Origin: an uncultured Bacteroidia bacterium
GTDB taxonomy: Bacteria; Bacteroidota; Bacteroidia; Bacteroidales; CAJPTX01
Reading direction: 5' to 3'
NCBI GenBank assembly: GCA_963546395.1
Contig: CAUUMS010000002.1
Span: 124,181 to 188,180 of the forward strand
DNA length: 64,000 nucleotides
Shown: piece by piece, positions 26,167-35,969 of the stretch
Numbering within the stretch: position 1 is the stretch's first letter
Layout: every line of letters starts with the position of its first letter
Notes under the pieces: generated by a model
Told to the model about the DNA's origin: nothing
Seen by the model: only the letters and a program-made list of their open reading frames with translations
Database searches by the model: none
Position numbers and translations under genes: made by a program

Positions 26167-26724
26167 CTACACTGTCATAATCTCCTTCTCCTTGGCAGCC
26201 ACCAAGGAGTCTATCCGCTCGCTGAACTTGTCAGTGTCCTTCTGTATGTCTGCCTCAGCCCCCCGGGCCTCATCCTCCGCCAGGCCATCCTTCTGAAGCT
26301 TTTTGATAGCCTCGTTGGCATCGCGGCGAGCATTGCGCACGGTCACCCTGGCCGATTCCCCCTCGCTGCGCACCCGCTTCACCAGCTCCTTACGTCGCTC
26401 CTCGGTGAGGGGCGGGATCGGTACGCGCACCACCTCGCCATTGTTCTGGGGGTTGAAACCCAGGTTGGCGGCCTGAATGGCCTTCTCGATCTGGGGAATC
26501 AGGTTCTTCTCCCAGGGCTGAATCACAATCGAGCGGGCATCCTGGGTGTTGATGCTCGCCACCTGATCCAGGGGGGTCGGGGTGCCGTAGTATTCCACCA
26601 GCACGCCCGAGAGCATGGCGGGACTAGCCTTGCCAGCGCGGATGGTCAGCAACTGCGATTCCAGAAATGCAATCGCCTTCTCCATCTCCCCCCGCATTTC
26701 CTTGATGCACTGATTCTTGTCCAT
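26167..26724 (-). CDS. frr: Ribosome recycling factor
   Basis: This is the 185-aa C-terminal part of the 322-aa track ORF, starting MDKNQCIKEMRGEMEKAIAFLESQLLTIRAGKASPAMLSGV. It matches Frr along its full length. The upstream extension overlaps pyrH and is an artefact. Confidence 0.93.
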   Translation of the reverse strand: MDKNQCIKEMRGEMEKAIAFLESQLLTIRAGKASPAMLSGVLVEYYGTPTPLDQVASINTQDARSIVIQPWEKNLIPQIEKAIQAANLGFNPQNNGEVVRVPIPPLTEERRKELVKRVRSEGESARVTVRNARRDANEAIKKLQKDGLAEDEARGAEADIQKDTDKFSERIDSLVAAKEKEIMTV

Positions 26725-26786
26725 TATGTCTTTCTCCTTAATGCTATCGCATGGATGATCTTGTGGCAATGTGCTGGCGCATCGGG

Positions 26787-27497
26787 CTATGACACGAGCG
26801 TGCCCACCCGTTCGCCCTGCACGATGGCGGCCAGGTTCCCAGCCCGTCGCACATCGAACACCACGGTGGGGATCCCGTTCTCCTGGCACAGGGTGAAGGC
26901 CGTCATGTCCATGATGTGAAGCTTCTGCTCGTAGGCCTCCTGGTAGGTCACCGTGTCGTAGCGGCGAGCCGTGGGATTCTTCTCCGGATCGGCCGTGTAC
27001 ACGCCGTCCACCCGCGTCCCCTTCAGCAGCGCATCGCACCGCAGCTCGGCAGCACGCAGCGCGGCGGCGGAGTCGGTGGTGAAAAACGGATTGCCAGTGC
27101 CCCCCGCCAGTATGGCCACGTGGCCCGCAGACCAAGCTGCCCGCACGCCCTCCACGCTGTAGGGGGTGGCGATGGGCATCATTGGGGTCGCCGTGAACAC
27201 CTCGCTGTTCACCCCGGCCTGCTGCAAGGCTTGCGATACGGCCAGGGAGTTAATCACCGTGGCGAGCATACCCATCTGGTCGCCCTTCACCCGGTCGCCA
27301 CCCTGGGCCACGCCCTGCATGCCGCGAAAGATGTTGCCTCCCCCCAGCACCAGAGCCACCTGGGCCCCTAGCTGGGTGGCCGAGGCGATCTCAGCGGCGT
27401 AGTGCCCTAGGGCTGCGGCTCCGAGGCCGAAGCCACGCTCGTCGGCAAGCGACTCCCCGCTCAGCTTGAGCAGCACCCGTTTGTACAACACCCCCAT
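26787..27497 (-). CDS. pyrH: UMP kinase
   Basis: YKRVLLKLSGESL...GGGNIFRG...TTDSAAALRA are PyrH motifs. The start is the ATG at 27497; a GTG at 27506 is also possible. Confidence 0.92.
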   Translation of the reverse strand: MGVLYKRVLLKLSGESLADERGFGLGAAALGHYAAEIASATQLGAQVALVLGGGNIFRGMQGVAQGGDRVKGDQMGMLATVINSLAVSQALQQAGVNSEVFTATPMMPIATPYSVEGVRAAWSAGHVAILAGGTGNPFFTTDSAAALRAAELRCDALLKGTRVDGVYTADPEKNPTARRYDTVTYQEAYEQKLHIMDMTAFTLCQENGIPTVVFDVRRAGNLAAIVQGERVGTLVS

Positions 27498-27522
27498 GAT
27501 AACCACGCTGTAGTCTAGTGCG

Positions 27523-27530
27523 CAAAGGTA
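27523..27530 (-). promoter_or_regulatory. -7 promoter box (TACCTTTG on the minus strand) for pyrH-frr
   Basis: The + strand reads CAAAGGTA, 17-26 nt upstream of the candidate pyrH starts. Confidence 0.5.
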
Positions 27531-27677
27531 ACCCTAATTCTCCACATGGGCTGGCGTGCGATCAAGGCGTGATTCTGGTGGCGAGTTGGTAGCCTATCAG
27601 CTGTGGGATCTGCGCTTGGGCCTTGCCTGCCGTCCGGCGCAGGGGGGGAGCAGCAAGCGGATCGCTCTGCACCAACG

Positions 27678-27736
27678 CCGTACCAAATCCATATTTCTAG
27701 GCCCAAATAGGGACTTGGTGCGTCGCAGCTACGATG
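27678..27736. repeat. Intergenic imperfect-palindrome repeat, copy B
   Basis: The sequence is CCGTACCAAATCCATATTTC-taggcc-CAAATAGGGACTTGGTGCG-TCGCAGCTACGATG. It lies in the pyrH/rimP divergent spacer. Confidence 0.8.
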
Positions 27737-27825
27737 TCGCCACGTTGCGGCTTGCGTCCATCATCGCGCTGCACGCACCCGGAGAGGGGCTTTTGCGCTG
27801 CGCCAGACGTTCCGCAAAATATTTG

Positions 27826-27833
27826 TACCTTTG
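27826..27833 (+). promoter_or_regulatory. -7 promoter box (TACCTTTG) for rimP-nusA-infB
   Basis: It is an exact TAnnTTTG match 56 nt upstream of the ATG at 27889. Confidence 0.55.
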
Positions 27834-27853
27834 CGCTCAATAGTAGTGTGGGT

Positions 27854-27879
27854 GGGGGGCAAGGATGCCCCCCTTTTTT
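27854..27879 (+). terminator. Leader hairpin plus U-tract (candidate transcription attenuator) between the rimP promoter and the rimP start
   Basis: GGGGGGC-aaggat-GCCCCCC is a perfect 7-bp G/C stem followed by TTTTTT. No upstream co-directional gene needs a terminator here. Confidence 0.6.
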
Positions 27880-27888
27880 ATGCTGAGA

Positions 27889-28380
27889 ATGGCGACAGCG
27901 CTTACGGTGGACACGGTGGCCGCATGGATTGCGGAGTACACGCAGGACGATGATTTCTTCGTCGTCAGCGTGACGCTCCCCGCGCCGGATGCCATCGAGG
28001 TGGAGGTCGATCGGGATGCCGGAATCTCGTCGGACGAGTGCGCGGCGCTCAATCGCCATCTGCTGAGCCACCTGGAGGCGGAGGGGCTCGACGTGTCCGT
28101 GACGGTGTCGTCGCCTGGGCTCACCACGCCAATGCGTTTGCCACGGCAGTTCCGCAAGAATGTGGGGCGCGACGTGGAGGTAGTGCTCCCCGATGGTAGC
28201 AAGCTGACCGGGCGGCTCGTGCGGGCCGATGAGGCGGGGATCAGCGTGTGCTACGAGGCAAAAGAGCGTCTCGAGGGGCGCAAGCGGCCCACCATGGTGT
28301 CGCACGAGGCGAGCTGGGCATACGGCGAGCTGAAACGGGTAACCCTAATCATTGGGAAACGGTCAAGACGTGATGAATAA
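27889..28380 (+). CDS. rimP: Ribosome maturation factor RimP
   Basis: FFVVSVTL...IEVEVDRDAGISSDECAALNRHL...VSSPGLTTPMRLPRQF matches RimP. The first ATG of the ORF (27865) lies inside the leader hairpin, so I chose 27889 (MATALTVD...); 27880 is also possible. Confidence 0.88.
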   Translation: MATALTVDTVAAWIAEYTQDDDFFVVSVTLPAPDAIEVEVDRDAGISSDECAALNRHLLSHLEAEGLDVSVTVSSPGLTTPMRLPRQFRKNVGRDVEVVLPDGSKLTGRLVRADEAGISVCYEAKERLEGRKRPTMVSHEASWAYGELKRVTLIIGKRSRRDE

Positions 28381-29656
28381 GCAGGATTTGATACAGACGT
28401 TCTCCGAGTTCAAGGAACTTAAAAATATCGACAGGCCCACGATGGCGGGGATCCTCGAGGAGGTCTTCCGCACCGTGCTGGTGAAGAACTACGGGGCGGA
28501 CGACAACTTCGACATCATCGTCAATATCGAGAAGGGGGATTTCGAAATCTGGCGTATCCTGGAGGTGGTGCCCGATGGCGAGGTCAAGGATGAGAATCGC
28601 CAGATCAGCCTCAGCGATACCGTGGCGCGGCAGAAGGCCGAGCTCCGCAAGGATCCGTCGAAGAAGAAGGAGATCGAGGAGTTTGAGGTGGGGGAGGAGT
28701 TCACCGAGGAGGTGAAGTTCGAGGAGTTCGCCCGACGCAACATCCTGGCCATACGCCAGAACCTGACGGCGCGGATTGCGGATCTGGAGAAGAACAATCT
28801 GTTCAACCGGTTCGCCGATAGGATCGGCACGCTCATCTCGGCGGAGATCCACCAGGTGCGCCGCCGGGAGGTGATCCTGCTGGACAATGAGGGCCACGAG
28901 CTGATTCTCCCGAAGCAGGAGCAGATTCCATCCGACTTTTTCCGCAAGGGTGACACGGTGCGCGCCGTGATCGACCGGGTGGAGATGGGCAACAGCTCTC
29001 CGCTCATCTTCCTGTCGCGCACATCGCCGCGCTTCCTGGAGTGTCTCATGGAGCTGGAGGTGCCCGAGATCTTCGATGGTCTCATCACCATCAAGAAGGT
29101 GGTGCGCATCCCTGGCGAGCGGGCCAAGGTGGCCGTGGAATCGTACGATGACCGCATCGACCCCGTAGGTGCCTGCGTGGGCGTGAAGGGGAGCCGCATC
29201 CACGGGATCGGGCGTGAGCTGCGCAACGAGAACATCGACGTGATCCCGTACACGAGCAACGTGTCGCTGCTCATCACTAGGGCGCTGAGCCCGGCGCACA
29301 TCACGTCGCTGACGGTGAACGAGGAGCGCAAGCAGGCCGATGCCTTCCTGCAACGCAGCGAGGTGTCGCTGGCCATCGGTAAGGGCGGCTACAACATCCG
29401 CCTGGCGAGCCAGCTGACGGGCTACAAGATCGATGTGTTCTGCGATTCCGAGGGCGACATGGAGGATGACGATGTGCTCTTGGAGGAATTCTCCAATGAG
29501 ATCGAGTCGTGGATTATCGATTCGCTGAAGCGTATCGGTTGCACGACGGCGCGCAATGTGCTGGATCTTCAGCCTGAGGAGATCGTGCAGCGGGCTGATT
29601 TGGAGGAAGAGACCGTGGCGGAGCTCCTCGAGGTGCTGCGCCGTGAGCTGGAGTAG
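28373..29656 (+). CDS. nusA: Transcription termination/antitermination factor NusA
   Basis: The start MNKQDLIQTFSEFKELKNIDRPT is followed by S1 and tandem KH domain motifs (GERAKVAV, ACVGVKGSRI, AIGKGGYNIRLAS). There is an 8-nt overlap with the rimP end. Confidence 0.93.
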   Translation: MNKQDLIQTFSEFKELKNIDRPTMAGILEEVFRTVLVKNYGADDNFDIIVNIEKGDFEIWRILEVVPDGEVKDENRQISLSDTVARQKAELRKDPSKKKEIEEFEVGEEFTEEVKFEEFARRNILAIRQNLTARIADLEKNNLFNRFADRIGTLISAEIHQVRRREVILLDNEGHELILPKQEQIPSDFFRKGDTVRAVIDRVEMGNSSPLIFLSRTSPRFLECLMELEVPEIFDGLITIKKVVRIPGERAKVAVESYDDRIDPVGACVGVKGSRIHGIGRELRNENIDVIPYTSNVSLLITRALSPAHITSLTVNEERKQADAFLQRSEVSLAIGKGGYNIRLASQLTGYKIDVFCDSEGDMEDDDVLLEEFSNEIESWIIDSLKRIGCTTARNVLDLQPEEIVQRADLEEETVAELLEVLRRELE

Positions 29657-29704
29657 GAGTTGGCGGGGGAGGTGAGTCTAAGTAAAGGGTTTTTGAGGGC
29701 TGGT

Positions 29705-32700
29705 ATGGCAAAACAACGCATAGGTAAGCTGGCGCGGGATCTGAAAGTGGGGGTGGCATCCATTGTGGATTTCCTACGTGGTAAGGGTGTGGACGTGGAG
29801 GGGGCGAATGCCACGATTGACGATGAGGCCATCGATCTCATACAGAAAGAGTTCGGCCCGCTGGATGTGAAGCCTAAGGGGACGCAGGCCGCGCCGCCGT
29901 CTGAGCCGACTCCCATTCAGTCGGTGGGCGACGCAATAGGCGTGGAGCAGGAGCAACCGGCCCCAGCCCCGCAGGTGGAGGTGCCAGTAGCAGAGGTAGA
30001 GGCAGAGAAGCCTGAGATCAGCCTCAAGGTGAAGGGGAAGATAGGGCTACCGAGTATGCCAGCTCCCGCGGCACCCGCTCCTGAGCCCCCAGCCCCGGAG
30101 GTGCACGAACCGGAGAGTGTGGAGACAGCCCCAGCCCCAGAGCCTGAGCCCGTGGCGGTGGAACCTCAGCCTCCCGTCGAGGAAGTGGTGGCACCCCCTG
30201 CGCCGCAGGTGGAAGAGCCAGAGCCCCCGGTGGAAGCTCCCGCTGAGGTGGCACCGGTGAAGGAGCCCGTAGTGGCTGAGGAGCCAAAGCCCGAACCGGC
30301 ACCCGAGCCCGAGGAGGTGCGCGCAAGGCCAGGACTAAAGGTGGTGGGGCATATCGACCTCGAGGCGCAGCGTAAGCCGAAACGTGCAAGGAGCGCACAG
30401 CCTGCCCCTGCGCCATCGGCGAGTGCACCATCGCCCCGAGTGGAGGAGCCAAAGCCGGCAGAGGCACCGGCTGCAGAGGCGAAGTCTGAGCCAGAAGTTC
30501 AGGCCAAGCCGGAGCAGCCGCAGGGTGAGGTGATATTCCGCTCGGAGGTAGAGAAGCTCTCTGGCCCGACGGTAGTGGGGCGCATCGATCTGGATACGCT
30601 CAACGATCGCACGCGGCGGAGGGTACCCGAAGCCAGCGCCACGCCTGGAGGTGGGGTGCAGAAGCGTCGTCGTCGTAAGCTCGTGGGCTCGAGTGATGGC
30701 TCGGTGCGTCCACCGGCTGCCGCGGGTGGCGGCACTGGGGGTGGAGCAGCTGCCGCCGCTGACAAGAAGCGCGGGAAGGTGACCAAGAAGGCCCCGGCGC
30801 ACGCAGAGATCTCCATGGAGGACGTGGAGGAGAAGATAAAGGAGACACGGGCTCGCATCGTCTCGAAGCGCAGCGGTGCGCTCTCCAAGGGGGCTAAGTA
30901 CCGCAAGGAGAAGCGTAGCATCATGGAGGCTCGCCGCGGCGAGGAGATGGAGCGGACGGCGCAAGAGCGTCAGGTGCTGCGTATCAGCGAATTCGTGTCG
31001 GTGAATGAGCTCGCGGGCATGATGGAGGTTCCTGTTACGGCCGTCATCGAGACGTGCATGAACATGGGCCTCATGGTATCGATCAACCAGCGTCTGGATG
31101 CCGAGTCGCTGGCCCTGGTTGCCGATGAGTTCGGGTTCAAGATCGAGTTCATCAGCACAGAGATTGGCGGCGATCGGGAGGTGGAGGATCTTCCCGAGGA
31201 TCTGGTGCCAAGGCCACCAATCTTCACGGTGCTAGGGCACGTGGATCATGGTAAGACCACGCTGTGCGATACCATTCGTAAGTCGAATGTCACGGCGGGA
31301 GAGAAGGGGGGTATCACCCAGCACCTTGGGGCCTACTCGCTGACGCTGCCCAACGGCCGTCGTCTCACGCTGATAGACACCCCAGGGCACGAGGCTTTCA
31401 CGGCCATGCGTGCGCGCGGGGCGAAGCTGACGGACGTGGCAATCATTGTGGTGTCGGCTGAGGATGGGCTCATGCCCCAGACCATGGAGGCCATCAATCA
31501 CGCTAGCGTGACGGGGGCTCGCCTGGTGTTTGCCATCAACAAGGTGGATAGCCCCAAGGCGAATCCGGAGAAGGTGAAAGAGGAGCTGGCCAATCATAAC
31601 TACCTCGTGGAGGAGTGGGGTGGTAAGTTCCAGAGCCAGGATATTTCGGCGAAGTACAACAAGAACGTCGATCTGCTGCTGGAGAAGGTGCTGCTGGAGG
31701 CCGACGTGATGGATCTGAAGGCGAATCCCAACCGCAAGGCTGAGTGCACGGTGATAGAGTCGACCATCGACAAGGGTCGTGGGCACTGCGCCAACGTGCT
31801 CGTGCGCACGGGTACGCTCCGCAAGGGGGCACCCATCGTGTCGGGGGCCTATTTCGGCCGTGTGAAGGCGCTCTACGACGACCGGGGCGAGGAGGTGAAG
31901 GAGGCTGGGCCGTCGATGCCCGTGATGGTGGTAGGGCTCAATGGGGCCCCGCAGGCCGGCGACTCGCTGGTGATGATGGACACCGATAAGGAGGCCCGCA
32001 CCGCGGCCATGCAGATCGGGCGTATACGCCGCATGCAGGAGATGCGGGCGCGCAAGCATATCACGCTCGATGAGATCGGCCGACGCATTGCCATCGGTAG
32101 CTTCCAGGAGCTTAACATCATCGTTAAGGGTGACGTGGATGGGTCGGTAGAGGCTCTGAGCGATTCGCTGATCCAGCTCTCAACGGATGAGATCCAGGTG
32201 AACGTGGTGCATCGTGGCGTGGGGCAGATCACGGAGTCGGATGTAACGTTGGCCACGTCGTCGAATGCGGTCATCGTGGGTTTCCAGGTGCGCCCATCCA
32301 TCGGTGCGCGCCGCCTGGCTGAGAATGAGCAGATCGATATCCGCCTCTACTCCATCATCTACGATGCCATCGAGGAGATCAAGAGCGCCATGGAGGGCAT
32401 GTTGATGCCCGAGGTGAAGGAGGAGATTGTGGGTACTGCCGAGGTGATGGAGACCTTCCACATCTCGAAGGTGGGTACCATTGCGGGTAGTATGGTGCGC
32501 GAGGGGCGCATCAGCAAGGGCTGCAAGGTGCGCATCATCCGCGAGGGGATTGTGGTGTACACGAGCGAGCTCTCTAGCCTGCGCCGTTTCAAGGATGAGG
32601 TGAAGGAGGTGACGGTGGGAATGGACTGCGGGATCGGGGTGAAGGGGTACAATGATATCAAGGTGGGCGACTTCCTAGAGGCCTTCAAGGAGACCGAGGT

Positions 32701-32716
32701 GAAGCGCACGCTGTAA
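29705..32716 (+). CDS. infB: Translation initiation factor IF-2
   Basis: The start [15 protein letters not shown] is an IF2_N motif. A long Pro/Ala/Glu-rich linker follows, then GTPase motifs [14 protein letters not shown] and NKVD. The ORF-track start (TTG at 29660) is probably too early. Confidence 0.93.
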   Translation: MAKQRIGKLARDLKVGVASIVDFLRGKGVDVEGANATIDDEAIDLIQKEFGPLDVKPKGTQAAPPSEPTPIQSVGDAIGVEQEQPAPAPQVEVPVAEVEAEKPEISLKVKGKIGLPSMPAPAAPAPEPPAPEVHEPESVETAPAPEPEPVAVEPQPPVEEVVAPPAPQVEEPEPPVEAPAEVAPVKEPVVAEEPKPEPAPEPEEVRARPGLKVVGHIDLEAQRKPKRARSAQPAPAPSASAPSPRVEEPKPAEAPAAEAKSEPEVQAKPEQPQGEVIFRSEVEKLSGPTVVGRIDLDTLNDRTRRRVPEASATPGGGVQKRRRRKLVGSSDGSVRPPAAAGGGTGGGAAAAADKKRGKVTKKAPAHAEISMEDVEEKIKETRARIVSKRSGALSKGAKYRKEKRSIMEARRGEEMERTAQERQVLRISEFVSVNELAGMMEVPVTAVIETCMNMGLMVSINQRLDAESLALVADEFGFKIEFISTEIGGDREVEDLPEDLVPRPPIFTVLGHVDHGKTTLCDTIRKSNVTAGEKGGITQHLGAYSLTLPNGRRLTLIDTPGHEAFTAMRARGAKLTDVAIIVVSAEDGLMPQTMEAINHASVTGARLVFAINKVDSPKANPEKVKEELANHNYLVEEWGGKFQSQDISAKYNKNVDLLLEKVLLEADVMDLKANPNRKAECTVIESTIDKGRGHCANVLVRTGTLRKGAPIVSGAYFGRVKALYDDRGEEVKEAGPSMPVMVVGLNGAPQAGDSLVMMDTDKEARTAAMQIGRIRRMQEMRARKHITLDEIGRRIAIGSFQELNIIVKGDVDGSVEALSDSLIQLSTDEIQVNVVHRGVGQITESDVTLATSSNAVIVGFQVRPSIGARRLAENEQIDIRLYSIIYDAIEEIKSAMEGMLMPEVKEEIVGTAEVMETFHISKVGTIAGSMVREGRISKGCKVRIIREGIVVYTSELSSLRRFKDEVKEVTVGMDCGIGVKGYNDIKVGDFLEAFKETEVKRTL

Positions 32717-32743
32717 CAATGTGTGAGTGGGAGTTACGAGGCC

Positions 32744-34114
32744 ATGAAACAGGAAGCGCTACACGCCATCTCGCCGATCGACGGGCGGTACTCTGAGAAG
32801 ACGGAAGCCTACGCGGCGTATTTCTCGGAATTTGCCCTGATGCGCTACCGGCTCATGGTGGAGGTGGAGTACTTTATCGCGCTCTGCGAGCTACCTCTGC
32901 CGCAGCTGGAGTCGCTGGACGGAGCTGTGTTTGCCGATTTGCGGTCGCTCTACTTGGACTTTGACGATGAGAGTGCCAAGCTCATTAAGGCCATCGAGCG
33001 GCAAACGAATCACGACGTGAAGGCGGTGGAGTATTTCCTCCGGGAGAGGCTGGAGGAGATGGGGCTGTCGGCCTACGGGGAATTTGTGCACTTCGGGCTC
33101 ACGAGCCAGGATATCAACAACACGGCGTTCCCGTTCATGCTCCGTGATGCGTCGAACGACCTGTATTACCCGCAGCTGGCGCAGCTGATCGATAAGCTGA
33201 AGTCGTGCGCCGAGGGGTGGGCTGAGATCCCGATGCTGGCCCACACGCATGGGCAACCGGCCTCGCCGACGCGCCTGGGGAAGGAGATGCTGGTGTTTGT
33301 GTCGCGCCTCACGACGCAGGTCAATCTGCTGCGCAGGATCCCGATGGCTGCCAAATTCGGTGGGGCCGTGGGCAATTTCAACGCCCACCACGTGGCTTAC
33401 CCCGATATTGACTGGGTGGCTTTCGCCGATAGATTTGTGAATGACAAGCTGGGGCTGCAACGGTCTCCTATGACCACGCAGATTGACAATTACGATAACC
33501 TGGCCGCCATTTTCGATGCGATGCGGCGAGTGAACACAATCCTGATTGACTTCTGTCGGGATGTGTGGGCCTACATTGCGATGGATTACTTCCGCCAGGC
33601 GGTGGTGCCCGGGGAGGTGGGTTCGTCGACGATGCCGCACAAGGTCAACCCGATTGACTTTGAGAATGCAGAAGGGAATCTGGGCATTGCCAACGTCATC
33701 TTTGCCCACCTGGCGGAGAAGCTCCCGGTGAGCCGCTTGCAGCGCGATTTGACGGATAGCACGGTGATACGCAACATCGGTGTTCCGTTGGCCCACACGG
33801 CCATTGCGATGCAGTCTATCATGAAGGGGCTCTCGCGGATCTCGGTGCACCGGGAGGTGATTTTGGCGGACCTGGAGTCGCACTGGGTGGTGGTGGCCGA
33901 GGGGATACAGACGATCCTCCGCCGTGAGGGCTACCCCGAGGCTTATGAGCTGCTGAAGGGGCTGACGAGGACGGAGCACCCGCCACGCCGCCAGGAGTTC
34001 GAGGAGTTCATCGAGGGGCTCGATGTTCGCCCTGAGGTGAAGCGGGAGCTGCTGGCCATCACGCCATTCAACTACACGGGGATCTGCCCGAGCCACTGGC
34101 CGCCCGAGGCGTGA
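32744..34114 (+). CDS. purB: Adenylosuccinate lyase
   Basis: ISPIDGRY...HFGLTSQDINNTA...SSTMPHKVNPIDFEN is the fumarate-lyase signature. The start is the ATG at 32744. Confidence 0.92.
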   Translation: MKQEALHAISPIDGRYSEKTEAYAAYFSEFALMRYRLMVEVEYFIALCELPLPQLESLDGAVFADLRSLYLDFDDESAKLIKAIERQTNHDVKAVEYFLRERLEEMGLSAYGEFVHFGLTSQDINNTAFPFMLRDASNDLYYPQLAQLIDKLKSCAEGWAEIPMLAHTHGQPASPTRLGKEMLVFVSRLTTQVNLLRRIPMAAKFGGAVGNFNAHHVAYPDIDWVAFADRFVNDKLGLQRSPMTTQIDNYDNLAAIFDAMRRVNTILIDFCRDVWAYIAMDYFRQAVVPGEVGSSTMPHKVNPIDFENAEGNLGIANVIFAHLAEKLPVSRLQRDLTDSTVIRNIGVPLAHTAIAMQSIMKGLSRISVHREVILADLESHWVVVAEGIQTILRREGYPEAYELLKGLTRTEHPPRRQEFEEFIEGLDVRPEVKRELLAITPFNYTGICPSHWPPEA

Positions 34115-35928
34115 TGCGCAACATTCTAAAGGTCTTCCGATTCCTGTTGCCCTACAAGTGGAGGGCCGTGGCCAACGTGGTGTGCAATGTGCTGGCCGCG
34201 TTCTTCTCGCTCTTTTCGCTCAGCCTGCTGATCCCATTCCTGGGCGTGCTTTTCGGCACGATGCCGCTGGTGGAGGTGCGCCCCGAGTTCTCTGTTTCCG
34301 TGAGCGCGGTGCGCGACACGGTGTACTATTTCATCAGCCAGCTGATAACGACGCAGGGGCGGGATGTAGCCCTGCTGTGCGTGATAGCCTTTGTGGTGCT
34401 CAACTCGCTGCTCAAGAACCTTTTTGCCTACCTCGCCCTCTGGTACTTAGCCCCTATTCGCAATGGGGTGGTGCAGGATGTGCGGAATGCTCTCTATGGT
34501 AAGGTACTAGCGTTGCCCCTGGGCTACTACTCGGAGGAGCGCAAGGGCGACATCATGAGCAAGATGACATTCGATGTGAGTGAGATCGAGGTCTCTATCA
34601 TCCGCTCGCTGGAGATGGTGTTCCGTGATCCGGTCATCATCATCGTCCATCTGGTGGGGCTGCTCGTCATCAGCCCCTGGCTCACGCTCTTTGTGCTGGT
34701 GCTCCTCCCCATATCGGGCTGGATTATCGGGCGTATAGGTAAGAATCTACGGGCCAAGTCGTCTGTGAGCCAGCAACGCCTGGGCAATCTGCTCACGATG
34801 ATCGAGGAGACGCTGGGGGGGCTCCGAGTGATAAAGGCTTTCAACGCCGAGAGGAAATGCGAGGATCGCTTTAATCGGGAGAACCAGGTATATACGCATC
34901 TGATGGTGCGGATCAACCGTCGCCGTGACCTCGCCAGCCCGCTGAGCGAGTTCCTGGGCACCATGGTCATGGGCATTGTGCTATGGTTCGGCGGTCGCCT
35001 GGTGCTGGGTAGTAGCGCACTGGCCCCCGAGGCACTGATCGGCTTCATGGGCCTCTTTTACATGATCCTGAATCCGGCCAAATCGTTCTCCTCCGCCTAT
35101 TTCAACATCCTGAAGGGCCTCGCCAGCGCAGAGCGGGTGGACACCATTTTGACTGCGGTAAACCCGATTTTTTCACCCGAGAGCCCATTGCCTGCACCGG
35201 ATTTTCACGGGAGCATTGAGTACCGGAATGTGCGGTTTGGGTACGACGATCGGGATGTGCTGCGCGGGGTGAATGTCACCATCGCAAAGGGGATGACCGT
35301 GGCCCTGGTGGGGCAGTCGGGCTCGGGTAAGACGACGTTTGTCGACCTCCTACCACGATTCTACGATGTGCAGGGGGGGGAGATCCTGCTCGATGGGCAG
35401 GATATTCGCCGTTACCGGGTGAGTGAGTTGCGGGCCCTGATGGGGAACGTGAATCAGGATCCGATTCTTTTCAATGACACGTTCTACAATAACATTGCCT
35501 TTGGGGTTGAGGGTGCCACGCTGGAGCAGGTGCAGCAGGCTGCGCGCATTGCCAATGCCCATGACTTCATCATGGCGACCCCCGATGGTTACGAGACGCT
35601 GATTGGGGATCGGGGGAGCCGCCTGTCTGGGGGCCAGCGGCAGCGATTGAGTATTGCCCGGGCGATTTTGAAGAACCCCCCCATCATGATTCTGGACGAG
35701 GCCACATCGGCCCTGGATACGGAGTCGGAGCGGTTGGTGCAGGATGCGCTGGACAATCTGATGAAGAATCGTACCTCCATAGTGATTGCCCACCGACTCT
35801 CGACCATTAAGAATGCAGACATGATCTGCGTGATGCAGCAGGGAGAGATAGTGGAGATGGGCCGGCACGATGAGCTGTTGGCCCAGGGCGGCGTTTATGA
35901 GAAGTTGTACCGCATGCAGGCCTGGTAG
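34114..35928 (+). CDS. ABC exporter, fused permease-ATPase (MsbA/lipid-A-export-like)
   Basis: Six N-terminal TM helices are followed by Walker A (GQSGSGKTT), the signature LSGGQRQR and Walker B (IMILDEATSALD). The TGATG junction overlaps the purB stop by 1 nt. Confidence 0.88.
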   Translation: MRNILKVFRFLLPYKWRAVANVVCNVLAAFFSLFSLSLLIPFLGVLFGTMPLVEVRPEFSVSVSAVRDTVYYFISQLITTQGRDVALLCVIAFVVLNSLLKNLFAYLALWYLAPIRNGVVQDVRNALYGKVLALPLGYYSEERKGDIMSKMTFDVSEIEVSIIRSLEMVFRDPVIIIVHLVGLLVISPWLTLFVLVLLPISGWIIGRIGKNLRAKSSVSQQRLGNLLTMIEETLGGLRVIKAFNAERKCEDRFNRENQVYTHLMVRINRRRDLASPLSEFLGTMVMGIVLWFGGRLVLGSSALAPEALIGFMGLFYMILNPAKSFSSAYFNILKGLASAERVDTILTAVNPIFSPESPLPAPDFHGSIEYRNVRFGYDDRDVLRGVNVTIAKGMTVALVGQSGSGKTTFVDLLPRFYDVQGGEILLDGQDIRRYRVSELRALMGNVNQDPILFNDTFYNNIAFGVEGATLEQVQQAARIANAHDFIMATPDGYETLIGDRGSRLSGGQRQRLSIARAILKNPPIMILDEATSALDTESERLVQDALDNLMKNRTSIVIAHRLSTIKNADMICVMQQGEIVEMGRHDELLAQGGVYEKLYRMQAW

Positions 35929-35969
35929 CCTCACGGCTAGGGGCATGGGTGGTCAGACGACTGTAGGGT

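Noticed and set aside
26725-27135. The ORF track extends frr upstream by 137 codons, giving a 322-aa ORF.
   Set aside because: The extension overlaps pyrH in another frame and is Gly/Arg/His-rich. A full-length Frr begins at the internal Met (26724), preceded by AAGGAG.
28349-29376. Two long minus-strand ORFs (334 aa and 295 aa) lie antisense to nusA.
   Set aside because: NusA is unambiguous on the + strand. The antisense ORFs are frame shadows produced by GC-rich third codon positions.
31232-32059. A 275-aa minus-strand ORF lies antisense to the infB GTPase region.
   Set aside because: The infB G-domain motifs on the + strand are unambiguous.
32891-34096. A 401-aa minus-strand ORF lies antisense to purB.
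   Set aside because: purB carries the fumarate-lyase signature. The antisense product is Arg/His/Leu/Pro-rich and featureless.
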